A DNA stretch of 64,000 nucleotides from Octopus sinensis (lineage: Eukaryota): assembly GCF_006345805.1 (NCBI RefSeq), contig NC_043012.1, positions 15,562,001 to 15,626,000 of the forward strand, in the 5' to 3' direction. Within the stretch, counting starts at the first letter, position 1. Each line of letters starts with the position of its first letter. The notes beneath the pieces are model-generated. The model did no database searches. It was not told the DNA's origin and was given only the letters and a program-made list of their open reading frames with translations. A program made the translations under genes and the position numbers. Below, one piece after another: positions 22,150 to 34,989 of the stretch.

Positions 22150-22965
22150 GCATTGAGTGCTAGGACTCATAGAGTTGGTTACTCGATTTATTTCCCTAGC
22201 GGTTGAGGGAACCTGTGGAAGAGGCAGACCCAGGAAAACCTGGGACGAGGTGGTGAAGCACGACCTTCGAACTTTAGGTCTCACTGAGGAAATGACTAGA
22301 GACCGAGACCTCTGGAAGTGTGCTGTGCGCGAGAAGACCCGGCAGGACAAGTGAGTCCACAACCCGTGGCCTTCTACATGGGATGGAGCCAGCCTACGTA
22401 TGCATACCTTCCCTTCTTGGGACACAAAACTCTACTTGTGAAGACGTGTTGAGGCAAGTGAGGATCAGAATCGAAATCGATCAATGGAAATTGCGGATGT
22501 GCTACCAGTGCCGGTGGCATGTCGAAACTCTGCTTGTGAAGACCCATTGAGGCAAGTGAGGATCAGAATCGAAATCGATCAATGGAAATCGATCAATGGA
22601 AATTGCAGATGTGTTACCAGTGCCGGTGGCATGTAAGAGAACTTTCCGTTTCGCGACCGTTGCCAGCACCGCTCCGTTTCGTGTCCGTTGCCAGCCTCGC
22701 CTGGCCCTCGTGCCGGTGGCACATAAAAAGCACCATCCGTTCGTGGCCGTTTGCCAGCTCTGTCTGGCACCAGTGCGGGTGGCACGTAAAAAGCACCCAC
22801 TACACTCACGGAGTGGTTGGCGTTAGGAAGGGCATCCAGCCGTAGAAACACTGCCAGATTTGACTGGGCCTGATGAAGCCTTCTGGCTTCACAGACCCCA
22901 GTAGAACCGTCCAACCCATGCTAGCATGGAAAACGGACGCTAAATGATGATGATGATGATGATGA
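22150..22965 (+). mobile_element. RTE-type LINE 3' end with (GAT)n tail
   Basis: The ORF end reads VEGTCGRGRPRKTWDEVVKHDL, followed by a 3' UTR ending ccatgctagcatggaaaacggacgctaaa(tga)n. The same tail recurs throughout the window. Confidence 0.85.
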
Positions 22966-23048
22966 TATATATAGATAGATAGACAGATAGATGACAGACA
23001 GATATATGTATATATAATATATAATGCACAATATATATACATAAATAT

Positions 23049-23103
<55 letters not shown>

Positions 23104-23114
23104 ATGTATGTATT

Positions 23115-23154
<40 letters not shown>

Positions 23155-23384
23155 GCTTTTAATCATTGAAATTCTTCCTCTGAAGAAGGAAGCTGGTTTC
23201 TTACAATGATACAAATCTCCACCTTTGGAATGTAGATAACAAAAACAGTGTCACATTTTAAACTTGAGAAAAGTCTTGCATAGTTTTACTGTTCTGCTGA
23301 CAGATTGTATTTGTAATGTATGAATCAGTGACTGATTTCTTTTTCTGAAAATCCAAGCTTATCCAGACTGACAGTTAGGCATTT

Positions 23385-23814
23385 CACAGAATCGTTAGCA
23401 TGCTGGGCGAGCTGGCAGAATCATTAGCACGCCAGGCAAAATGCTTAGCAGTATTTCGCTGCTGCGTTCTGAGTTCAAATTCCACTGAGGGTCGACTTTG
23501 CCTGTCATCCTTTCAGGGTCGATAAATTAAGCACCAGTTATGCACTGGGGTTGATGTAATTGACTTAATCCATTCGAATGTCCTTGTTTATCCCCTCTGT
23601 GTTTTGCCCCTTGTGGATAGTAAAGAAATAGGTATTTCGTCTGCTGTTACATTCTGAGTTCAAATTCTGCCAAGGTTGACATTGCCTTTCATCCTTTCAG
23701 GGTTGATTAAATAAGTACCAGTTACAGACTGGGGTTGATGTAATCGATTTAATCCCTTTGTCTGTCTTTGTTTGTTCCCTCTATGTTTAGTCCCCTGAGG
23801 GCAATAAAGAAATA
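23385..23814 (+). mobile_element. tRNA-derived SINE dimer within one TSD pair
   Basis: TSD agttaggcattt at 23373-23384 and 23815-23826. Two tandem units share gagttcaaattc...cctttcatcctttcagg, and the second is 5'-truncated. Confidence 0.8.
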
Positions 23815-24974
23815 AGTTAGGCATTTACTTACAAAACCAAATGCTCCAATTATTATTGGCATAAATGTAAATTTGTAATTCGGATATAGAAGCTGGGGGT
23901 TTCAAAGCAGTTGTCCTTTGTTATCTTCTTTCTCATTGATTTTCAAAGAGATATTTACACCAGAAGGACAGTTGACCGCTGTGATAATACATACTTTCTC
24001 TTGTCTGTCCCAAACAACATTATCCATCCTGTTATGCTTTCGCTTGACAGATATTTTGATGGGAATGTTCCACCAGTATTCCTTGTGAGATGTATTCAAT
24101 AACTGTGGGGGGGGGGTCTCTATATTTATTCCAGGACAGTCTTTTCTCTGAATGGCATTGTACATTGTTTATGTGACAATGTCATGTCACATAGGGAGGT
24201 TGTACCCTGATGACATTTTTAAGCAGCTGCTAGTCACGTGTAATGTCTTCCATAGATATATGACATAATCTACATTTATGGTTGCCTCTTAGAACACCAA
24301 AGAGACCAATAGAATAAGTACTAGGCTTTCAAAGAATAAGTCCTGGGGTCGATTTGCTCAACTAAAAGGTGGTGCTCCAGCATGGCCACAATCAAATGAC
24401 TGAAACAAGTAAAAGAGTAAAAGATTAAAAGAGTGGTCATGAGTCTAAGAGAGGCTTTGCTTCACGTCAGTGTTGCTATCTTCTTCAAGTCTTCAAGAAA
24501 CATACCCATATAACATCTTTTATTGGTATGCTGAGCATTTCACCTCCAGGTCTTCTTTGAGGTATGCTAGTCCTGCTGATTTGGGGTTGTATGAGAGGTC
24601 ATCAGGAAGAGAGTACTTCCTGAGGAGTTCACTTCCAACACATAGGATGTTGTTTTCCTCACTTTTCACCACTAAGTTAATGTATTTATTTTTGCTGCTG
24701 TTGTTTGGCACATGCTGCCTGAGAGAGACTATGTGACATTCAAAGGCTGCTTGCACTGATCTCAAGTCCCTGCCTCCTTTCTCTCTTCTTAGGTAGAGCC
24801 TGTTGATATCATTATTTTTGTTGATGCTAGAATCACTATCACTATTTTCCAGTTGATATTAGAATGTATATATTCTCATGCATATAGTTGTATATCTAGA
24901 CATGCTCATATATATTTGAATGATAAACTTCTGTAAAGTTTTATAGATTTTTACAGTTCCAGTGATGGATTGGA

Positions 24975-25665
24975 CAGTGGCGGCTCGTAGATAAAATTAG
25001 TGGAGGTGCTGCTTAAGAAAACTTTAAGCCATTGTTTTAATATTGTCGAAAAGGAAACAAATATATAAAAAGAAAATTTATACATAAACTTGATCATTTC
25101 GCATTTTAGACACTGTCGGGTAGTGTGTTTAATTTGTTCACTGAACACCACCATGCATTTCCCCTTGTTTTTCAAAAATCCCCCTAAAACACAAAATAGG
25201 TGGGGAAATGTGCCCTATTTTTCAAATCCTGGCAACAACACTGAGCTGGAAGCAGGGTAATAATCTAATTCTACACTTTATCACATTCAAGAATATAAAC
25301 ATGCTTTTAAGCACAATACATGCAGAGTCAAAAAGAAACACTAGCTTCCACCACTGGAACACCAGGGGTCAGCACTGTTGTTCACGCAGGGCTCTTCCTC
25401 CTTCAGACATGTGAGCATGGTGCACACAACAGCCAAACACCATGTTGCTGGAACTGTGAAGCGCACAGTTCTATAGAAAGATTTTTGTATTTTTTCATAA
25501 ACTAGGGGATGACTACTGACATTAAGCTTAAGGATTATATAATGTACAAATATAAAGAAAGAATTAAAGAAAAAAAGGGACTCATTATATTGAATGTTTT
25601 CGATAATATGGAATGGAAATAGGGGGTGCTGCAGTTTCGCAGAGTTTATACATGAGCCACCACTG
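24975..25665. mobile_element. Non-autonomous hAT-like element (691 bp)
   Basis: TIRs CAGTGGCGGCTCGT and ATGAGCCACCACTG, with an 8-bp TSD GGATTGGA at 24967-24974 and 25666-25673. Confidence 0.85.
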
Positions 25666-25865
25666 GGATTGGATGTGTAGTCTTTGAATTAACTTTCTCT
25701 TTCTGGTTTTGAGAAGCCTAATTTCTCAAGATTGGTATTTAGGCAGTGTATTACATATCCCAGAACCCCAATAATTACAGGTATAAACCTGAACATGTGT
25801 GTATGTATGTATATAGTCTGTGCTCTTCTACCTCAGAGTGTACGGGCATAGTTCTATAAAAGCAT

Positions 25866-25915
25866 CTCTCTCTCTCTCTCTCTCTCTCTACCTACCTACC
25901 TACCTACCTATCTAC

Positions 25916-25972
<57 letters not shown>

Positions 25973-26349
25973 CAGCCATCCATCCACCCACCCACCTACC
26001 CATCCATCCATCCACCCACCCACCCACCTACGTACCTACCTACCTACCTACCTATCTATCTATCTATCCATCCATCCATCCATCCACCTACCTACGTACC
26101 TACCTACCTACGTACCTACCTATCTATCTATCTATCCATCCATCCACCGACCTACCTACCTACCTACCTACCTACCTCCATCCATCCACCCACCCGCCCA
26201 CCTACCTACCTACCTATCCATCCACCCACCCACCCACCCACCCACCCATCCATCCATCCATCCATCTATCCATCCATCCATCCACTCACCCACCCACCCA
26301 CCCACCTACCTACCTACCTACCTACCTACCTACCTACCTACCTACCTAC

Positions 26350-26419
<70 letters not shown>

Positions 26420-26447
26420 GTCAATACACACACACACACACACACAC
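25866..26447. repeat. Compound tetranucleotide microsatellite (CTAC/CTAT/CCAT/CCAC)
   Basis: Read directly from the sequence. Confidence 0.95.
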
Positions 26448-26899
26448 GGATATCATTCCAATTGAGATCCGAAAAAATTAATTTCTCATCTTCAGTGCAG
26501 AAAACGAATATTATTATTCGTGTGAAAAAATCGATAAAATTTGAAAGAAATTAATAAATAATTGAATACAGTTTAAATTAAAATTCTCCAACAGAATAAG
26601 GATTTATTTTATAGGCACAAGGCTTGATATTGTGACGGAATTCTGGTTCAGGCAGCCACATAACTCCTAAACTTTTTTTTATTTTTTGGAATTTTGCCGA
26701 TATTGTCATTGGTATTTGAGACACTTGATTTATAGTTTGTCTGTTATTTATTTTACCCGACTGTCCTAATAAAATAAGTTAGAGTTAACCTTGATGAAAT
26801 TTGAACTCGAATAGTAAGCATCCAAAACAAATTTCGTAAAGTATTTAGTTCATTGGTCGAACAATTCTGCCACGAAACAAATTAAGAAAAACTTGTAGA

Positions 26900-27100
26900 C
26901 TCAGCAGTTGATACGAAAATCCTGCTGCTGTCCAAAAAGCTGGCTTTGGAAGTGGGCTGAATGCACGTGGGTGGATGTTTACTGTCGTTGCTTCCTGCTT
27001 TCGTCGACGTCGCACTTCGTCCTTCTCTGATGCTTGTTTCTAGCAATCGTGGACACTTCGCTTAATGTCATCGTAAATACTTTGCTGGCCGACGTAAGGA
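26900..27100 (+). promoter_or_regulatory. CpG-rich segment; candidate promoter or non-coding first exon
   Basis: Local CpG cluster (ttcgtcgacgtcgc etc.) in otherwise CpG-poor DNA, not recognisably a repeat. Donor-like gac|GTAAGG at 27094. Confidence 0.3.
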
Positions 27101-27760
27101 ATACATACACAATCCGTTCTCGGCGTAACAAATACCCTAACCACCCACTTTACTTTCGCTTAATTGGATCCATCTGCGATGTTATTAAAATAAGAATCGT
27201 TTTAGAGATGAGGATAACATCTCCGGAATAACGTTGCTTTTGGAATTGAGCACTTTTATTGAATACTGCTGTTCTGGACTTTTGAAGTAAGTTCTTCATT
27301 TTCATTTCAATTTAGTAGACTTAGTATGCAATGGTATTCTACCAAATATAACTGCATGTAATACTATGGTGTTATCAGCACTTTTTCGTTTCAGAGACTC
27401 TTGAAAGTGAAACAAGTAAATTTATCGCTGTTTGCTTTTAATTATTCTAACTTTCTGAACTGTCGATACCCTTGGGTGTTAGTAACCAAGCTTTTCGTAA
27501 TTTAATTATCAATGTACTGGCAATAAATGCAAATATCAGGCAGCAGAGGCCGGTTTGGTACCTTGTACCTCACCGCAAAGCATTCGATGTGACATTCTCA
27601 TTATTTTAGTCAGATTCACTTCATATTTTGAGAGTAAATTAATAATCCAAATGTGTCAAATGACAGCATGGGAGAGATTATCTGCAAATTAAGGTGACAG
27701 TATTACTAAGGATATACTATTTGGCAGCCCCAAACGCGTGCATTTGTGTGTGTGATTTTA

Positions 27761-27831
<71 letters not shown>

Positions 27832-27874
27832 TTATTTACACACACACACACAGATATATATATATATATATATA

Positions 27875-27911
<37 letters not shown>

Positions 27912-28782
27912 GTTTGGGCCCAAAAATCAAGACGCAACGACAGCATATCAAACTGATAATAATGTAACTATCATTTCGAGTTACTTGCCAACCAAGTAAA
28001 AATGTCCGTAAATTGTTTTCACTATTTACCAAAATCTATTTGAACATTTGTATATTGTAAGTGGGTACTTAGAATTTCATCAACCCATTAACTGGTGTCC
28101 CGGAAACAAAGTGTAAACAATCTTTAACATGATGGGATGTACCAGCAACTAACTCTAATTTTATCATCTGGATGAATGCATATAATGTGATTCATAGACA
28201 AAAAAATGATACCAGGATTAATTTATTGGCGGTCTTTGCTTTGAAGTACATCTGCGGAACTAAAACATGCATTTTTTGTTTACAAACAACTACATTTTTT
28301 TGTCACTTTTCGTTCCATTTCTAAATTGTTTTCGTCAAGTTTTACCCTCACCTCATTCCGATTTTCTGGTAGTATTTTGATGTTGTCTCAGTTCCCACAA
28401 AATACTTGTTTTATTGTGAATTAAAATTATTAGTGAACTTGAATAATTGGAAACTGTAAGGTAGCCCATCGGAGGTACAGTTCATGTTCTGGGATACATT
28501 TAATCTACTGCATGGTTTACGAAATAACCACCTGGTTTACGGTGCTTTGACTGCGTTCGCTATGGGTGCTTTAACTACATCTGGGTCAAGTCTCCAATCT
28601 AAGGGTAACTTCCTCCCTTCGTCTCCCTTGACCCTGAGGTCCTCTAAAGTATCATTAGATACTGTACCGTTCTTTTTTTAAAAAATCGGAAAAAGAAAGC
28701 AAGTTGGATATGCCTTCACATGTATGCTTCAGCTTCGATTATATGAGAGTTTGTTGTGAAAAATTTTTTTTCTTGTGGTTGA

Positions 28783-29300
28783 GAAGAGTTTCGGAAATTT
28801 CACACGAGTCGGTTTTGTTTCCTCGTAAATTTCAGAAAAATGGCTATTTTTTCATGAAATTTTCCATGAATACCTTTCAGAATGTGTCGATAACGATTAT
28901 GAAAGAATTTAGTATCGAAAAGAAAGTTGGTGCTCTATTAGACATATATACTGATACACACCAGAATTTCTTTCGAAATATCACGTTTTATTTTGTGTAT
29001 AGATGTGATGTGTGTCAGTATGCATGGGTACGAGCCCACCAATGTTATTCCGTATTAAATTCCTATATAATTTTAATCTGCACGCTCTGAAAGGTATTTA
29101 CAGAAAATTACTCATTTTTCTGCAAGTTATGAGTAAACAAAGTCGGCTCGTGTGAATTTTCTGAAACTCCTCTCCCCACCCTCGGAAAAGTCTTTTCATT
29201 ACAAATTCCGATATAATCAGGATCTACTCCATCCGAAGTGTATTTGTAGAAACGTTTATTAATATCCATTTTTCTGGAAGTTATGAGGTAACGAAGTAAG
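28783..29300. mobile_element. MITE-like segment with about 60-bp imperfect inverted repeats
   Basis: 28783-28842 is inverted relative to 29113-29172, and a third partial copy lies at about 29268-29300. Confidence 0.5.
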
Positions 29301-29380
29301 GGGGCGGGGCACCCACGTGGAGGTATGCCCCAAGTTGTGCGTTTGTGTGTGTGTGTGGTGTATACATACACACACAAACG

Positions 29381-29426
<46 letters not shown>

Positions 29427-29782
29427 TCAGTCATTACACTGCGGTCATGCTGGGACACTGGTTTTGAAAGTTTTATTCAAATGAATCGACTCGTGCGTAT
29501 TTGTTTTTTTTTTTTTAAAGCCTGGTTTTTATTCTATCAGTCACTTTTGCCGAACCCCTTAGTTACGGGACTTAAATACACCGACATCGGTTGTTAAGCG
29601 ATGGAGGTGGGGGTGGGGCAAACACACACATTCGACGGCCTTCTTTCAGCTTCCATCTACTAAATCCCTTCACATGACTTTGGACGGTAGAAGACGCTTG
29701 CCTAAGGTGTCCCACAGTGCGACTGAACTTGGGACCATCATCATCATCATCGTCGTTTAACGTCCGCTTTCCATGCTGGCAT

Positions 29783-30852
29783 GAGTCGGACGGTTTGACT
29801 GAGGGCTGGTGAGCCGGAAGGCTGCACCAGGCTCCAATCTGATCTGGCAAAGTTTCTACAACTGGATGCCCTTCCTAAATCCAACCACTCCAAGGGTGTA
29901 GTGGGTGCTTTTATGTGCCACCGGCACAAGGGCCAGAGTCGGACGGTTTGACTGAGGGCTGGTGAGCCGGAAGGCTGCACCAGGCTCCAATCTGATCTGG
30001 CAAAGTTTCTACAACTGGATGCCCTTCCTAAATCCAACCACTCCAAGGGTGTAGTGGGTGCTTTTATGTGCCACCGGCACAAGGGCCAGAGTCGGACGGT
30101 TTGACTGAGGGCTGGTGAGCCGGAAGGCTGCACCAGGCTCCAATCTGATCTGGCAAAGTTTCTACAACTGGATGCCCTTCCTAAATCCAACAACTCCAAG
30201 GGTGTAGTGGGTGCTTTTATGTGCCACCGGCACAAGGGCCAGAGTCGGACGGTTTGACTGAGGGCTGGTGAGCCGGAAGGCTGCACCAGGCTCCAATCTG
30301 ATCTGGCAAAGTTTCTACAACTGGATGCCCTCCTAAATCCAACCACTCCAAGGGTGTTGGGTGCTTTTATGTGCCACCGGCACAAGGGCCAGAGTCGGGA
30401 ACGGTTTGACTGAGGGCTGGTGAGCCGGAAGGCTGCACCAGGCTCCAATCTGATCTGGCAAAGTTTCTACAACTGGATGCCCTTCCTAAATTCAACCACT
30501 CCAAGGGTGTAGTGGGTGCTTTTTATTGCCACACCGGCACAAGGGCCAGAGTCGGACGGTTTGACTGAGGGCTGGTGAGCCGGAAGGCTGCACCAGGCTC
30601 CAATCTGATCTGGCAAATTTCTACAACTGGATGCCCTTCCTAAATCCAACCACTCCAAGGTGTAGTGGGTGCTTTTATGTGCCACCGGCACAAGGGCCAG
30701 AGTCGGACGGTTTGACTGAGGGCTGGTGAGCCGGAAGGCTGCACCAGGCTCCAATCTGATCTGGCAAAGTTTCTACAACTGGATGCCCTTCCTAAATCCA
30801 ACCACTCCAAGAGTGTAGTGGGTGCTTTTATGTGCCACCGGCACAAGGGCCA
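29783..30852. repeat. Satellite of 7 x about 153 bp derived from an RTE-tail/SINE segment
   Basis: gagtcggacgg starts at 29783, 29936, 30089, 30242, 30392, 30549 and 30700. Confidence 0.95.
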
Positions 30853-31064
30853 GTCAAGTGGTACCGACTAAAGCTTTGTGATTGATTTTGGTAGGCAGAA
30901 GTTAGTGCTGCATGTGTATATGTGTGTGTGTGTAGGTGCTTGTGCCTCTCCGAGAGAGAGAGAGAGAGGTGGGGACTATATGATTGGGAAACAAGTTTCT
31001 TACCACGCAGTCACACTTACCCTACCAACATGTCTGCACGCACACACACACATCTCAAAAACGT

Positions 31065-31135
31065 ATATATTTATATACATATATATATATATTTATATAT
31101 ATATACATATATATATATATTTATATATATATATT

Positions 31136-31200
<65 letters not shown>

Positions 31201-31299
31201 TTATATATATATACATATATATATATATATTTATATATATACATATATATATATATTTATATATATTATAATATATATATATACATATATATATATATT

Positions 31300-31330
<31 letters not shown>

Positions 31331-31366
31331 TTATATATTATATATATATACATATATATATATATT

Positions 31367-31397
<31 letters not shown>

Positions 31398-31526
31398 TTA
31401 TATATATATATACATATATATATATATTTATATATTATATATACATATATATATATTTATATATATATATAATATACATATATATATATATTTATATATA
31501 TATATATACATATATATATTATTTAT
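31065..31526. repeat. Long interrupted (TA)n microsatellite
   Basis: Read directly from the sequence. Confidence 0.95.
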
Positions 31527-32219
31527 ATTGTGTCGGTGGCACATAAAAACACCATCCGAAGACCCGGGCAAGACTAGTCAGGCCATAAACCATGCCCCTA
31601 CCTGGGACGTAGTCAGTCCACCTGTGCATACCTTCCTTCTTGTGACACTTGTGAAGAACCTGTTGAGGCAAGTGAAATCAATCAAAACAAATCAAAATAG
31701 ATGAACATCAATGGAATTTGTATCTTTGTGGTACCAGTGCCGGTGGCACGTGCACACAATAAAACCATCCGAACGTGGCCGTAGCCAGTACCGCATCGAC
31801 TGGCCTCCGTGCTGTGGCACGTAACAAGCACCATCCGATCGGGCCGTTTGCCAGCCTCATCTGGCACCTGTGTCGGTGGCACATAAAAACACCATCCGAG
31901 CGTGGCCGTCTGCCAGCCTCGTCTGGCACCTGTGTCGGTGGCACATAAAAACACCATCCGAGCGTGCCGTTTGCCAGCCTCGTCTGGCAACCTGTGTCGG
32001 TGGCACATAAAAACCCCTACACTCTCGGAGTGGTTGGCGTTAGGAAGGGCATCCAGCTGTAGAAACACTGCCAGATCTGACTGGACTGGGCAGCTTTTCG
32101 GGCTCCCCAGACCCCAGTTGAACCGTCCAACCCAGCTAGCATGGAAAGCGGACGTTAATGATGATGATGATGATACATATATAATATATATATATATATA
32201 TATATACATATCTATAATT

Positions 32220-32250
<31 letters not shown>

Positions 32251-32269
32251 TTATATATATATATATTTA

Positions 32270-32302
<33 letters not shown>

Positions 32303-32303
32303 T

Positions 32304-32336
<33 letters not shown>

Positions 32337-32856
32337 TTATATATATATATATACTATATATATATATAATTTATATATATAATACATATACACACACATA
32401 TATAAATATGACAGAGCGGCTAACCGGCTTCCGTGCCAGTGGAACTTAAAGGGCACCATTTGAGCGTGATCGTTACCAACGTTGCATTACTGGCACTCAA
32501 GCCCCGTGCTAGTAGGGTATTAAGAGCACCATCTGAGCGTGATTGTTGCCAGAGCGGCTATCTGGCCTCCATGCCGGTGGCACGTAAAAGACACCATTCG
32601 AGTGTGGTCGTTACCAGCATCACCTTACTGGCACCTGTGCTGGTGGCTTGTGTAAAAGATTTGAGCGATGTCGTTGCCTATGCCGCCTGACTGGCCCCAT
32701 GCCGGTGGCACATAAAAGCACCCACTACACTCTCGGAGTGGTTGGCATTAGGAAGGGCATCCAGCTGTAGAAACTCTGCCAGATCAAGATTGAAGCCTCA
32801 GTCATTCGTCCATCCCATGCTAGCATGGAAATCAGACGTTAAACGATGATGATGAT
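31527..32856 (+). mobile_element. Two RTE-tail/SINE copies separated by (TA)n
   Basis: Both end in ccatgctagcatggaaa...(gat)n-like tails (about 32170 and 32855) and share gtggcacataaaa subrepeats. Confidence 0.75.
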
Positions 32857-33075
32857 ATATATATATATATATATGAGCAAAAACATCCGGGTGTTTACAC
32901 TCGAATAGCTCCTATTTTTAAACAGGTCAATGCTGTTTCTGCATTATGCTAACTTTAAATTTTGTACCTTTATAATGCTATTAGACCTGTTGAATCGCCT
33001 ATGTTGCTGCTGTTAATATTATCAATTAAAATTATTCACTACAGATAATATTAATAATAGTAACATCTTACCATA

Positions 33076-34398
33076 AACTGTGTATCACGCTTTATTGCTG
33101 GTCAAATTTTTGTTGATATTTTGAATGTCAAACATTGTTCAAACCTGAAACTTGGTCCACTGAACATTTCAATCATATTGATAAGCTACATATAAAGTTA
33201 TTTTGAGTTATGTATTCTGAGGTGATTTCAGCCCTGTCACACTTTATTGCAGGTGTACAAAAATGTCAATTTAAGGTAATGATACAAAATATTATTGTTA
33301 TATTACCATTTTATTGTAATAATGAAACATGCTACTGAAGAATAGCAGCAGAAGATATGAAATAAACACAATTAAATTGTTGGTGCTGTACTTTATTTGT
33401 CTATGTAACTTCCTTGTTTAGAAATGATATAAAACAGTCTTTTGTCCACATCTGAGATGTTACGGTACCAGCAACTGTTTTCATCTTTTCTCACAGGGCA
33501 TCCTTTGATGAAAACTGGATACCTCCTTCATATACTTTCCTCTTCAAGATCAACCAGAGCCAGGGTTTAAGTCATGAGAAGAGGGAGGCCAAGTGATGAG
33601 TGATTGGCCTGTCATTCCCAAAGTTGCGAGATACGAAATTGTGGCCTTGGCTGAATGCAAAGGAGCATTTTTCATGCATAAAAATCAGTCACCATCTCTG
33701 TGAGAGTGGAAGATCATCTAACGAAGCTGTTAGCTGCTACTTCAGAAACTCAGTGTAGGAGTTGCTGGTGAGTTGGACACCTTCTGGCACTTGGAAAGGC
33801 CTGACAAGTTCATTTCCTATGATTCCCACCCAAAACATGACACCACCACCTTTTGTTGATGCCAAATATGATGCAGGCAAGAGGCTCCATCAGGTACTCA
33901 TACTTTGGCGCATCTGTTGGAGCCATCCAGCATAGCTCTGGCCTCATCCGTGAAGAGGACTTCTTGGAAATTGATTTTCATGTACTTCTCTGCCCAATCA
34001 ATACGCTTCTCTTTGTGGTTCTTGCTTAGGATGGGTCTAGCGATGCACTTAGCACTTTTGGCTGTCTCTTTAAGGATCCTACACAGTACTTTCAAATATG
34101 GCAGCACTTGTGCTACCGAGGTCTTTTTCTTACTTGTCTACGTATTTTTTTGATGTCACGCTGGGGGTTTCAACATATGCCTTCAATTTTCTTGTATCCT
34201 GACAAAGCTCTTGGGCTAATTCTCCCACAGATAAGCCTTCTGTGAGACCTGCAGCAATCCGCGTCTTCTCTGTAGCTGTCAGACGTTGTTTCAGGGGCAT
34301 TTTTGTATACCTGCATGACTGAGTTTCACATTTGTACAATGTGTAATATTCAAAATATCAACAAAAATATGACCTGCAATAAAGCACGATACACAGTT
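33076..34398 (-). mobile_element. Tc1-like transposon, degraded transposase
   Basis: TA|AACTGTGTATC at the left end and GATACACAGTT|TA at the right, with about 75-bp imperfect TIRs. The minus strand has ATG at 34300 and the motifs VLFTDE, FMHENAPLH (frameshifted) and WPPSSHDLNP. Confidence 0.85.
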
Positions 34399-34792
34399 TA
34401 TATATATATATATCTATTATATATCTATTATATAAAATCCGTTCTGTCTGTCGGTGTGTGTGTCTTCTAGGATCTCGGGCATCCTCCATCCGATTGCGCT
34501 CAAATTTAATATGTAGTTACCGACAGTATCAGGGTGTATATAAGTCTTGAAAAAAATTACAAAAATTAATTCCAGGTGAGAATGCGGTTGATAAAGCTGT
34601 GGGAACGTGCATTTGTACACACAAGTATATCAGTCGAAATCCATCTTTTGCTGGTGTCTCAAATTTAGGTTAAATCAATGTTTCTCAAAGGGGAGGCGTA
34701 TGGGACGGTCGGACAAGTTGTTTTCAGAAAATTTGGTTTAAATGTTTGGCAACTCAACACCGTTCATTGGACAGGGTGGGGGCGTTTTCCTC

Positions 34793-34823
<31 letters not shown>

Positions 34824-34831
<8 letters not shown>

Positions 34832-34985
34832 GGGTACTGAAAAGTTCCTGGCTTTGGTTAAAAGAAAATAGAGGAGGATCAGTTAATTATGATTTTATTC
34901 AACATATTCCTCTCTCATATTCACACACTTATTACAGTAGTCCTTTAGTTCTTCTAAGCCCTGTAAAAGAACTTGGAAGTTTGGG
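34824..34985 (+). mobile_element. Mariner-like terminal fragment
   Basis: TATGAGGGGGTACTGAAAAGTTCCTGGC after (TA)n resembles a mariner TIR; no second end was found. Confidence 0.45.
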
Positions 34986-34989
34986 CTCA

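Noticed and set aside
25820-26554. 244-aa ORF rich in YLSI/HPPT
   Set aside because: Tetranucleotide microsatellite translation.
28484-28681. 65-aa ORF in unique-looking DNA
   Set aside because: Short, no recognisable domain, no convincing splice sites, and adjacent to a MITE-like repeat.
29747-30448. 233-aa ORF with a 51-aa repeat
   Set aside because: It arises because the 153-bp satellite unit is a multiple of 3; the sequence is a retroelement tail.
30878-31704. IY-rich ORFs over 200 aa
   Set aside because: (TA)n translation.
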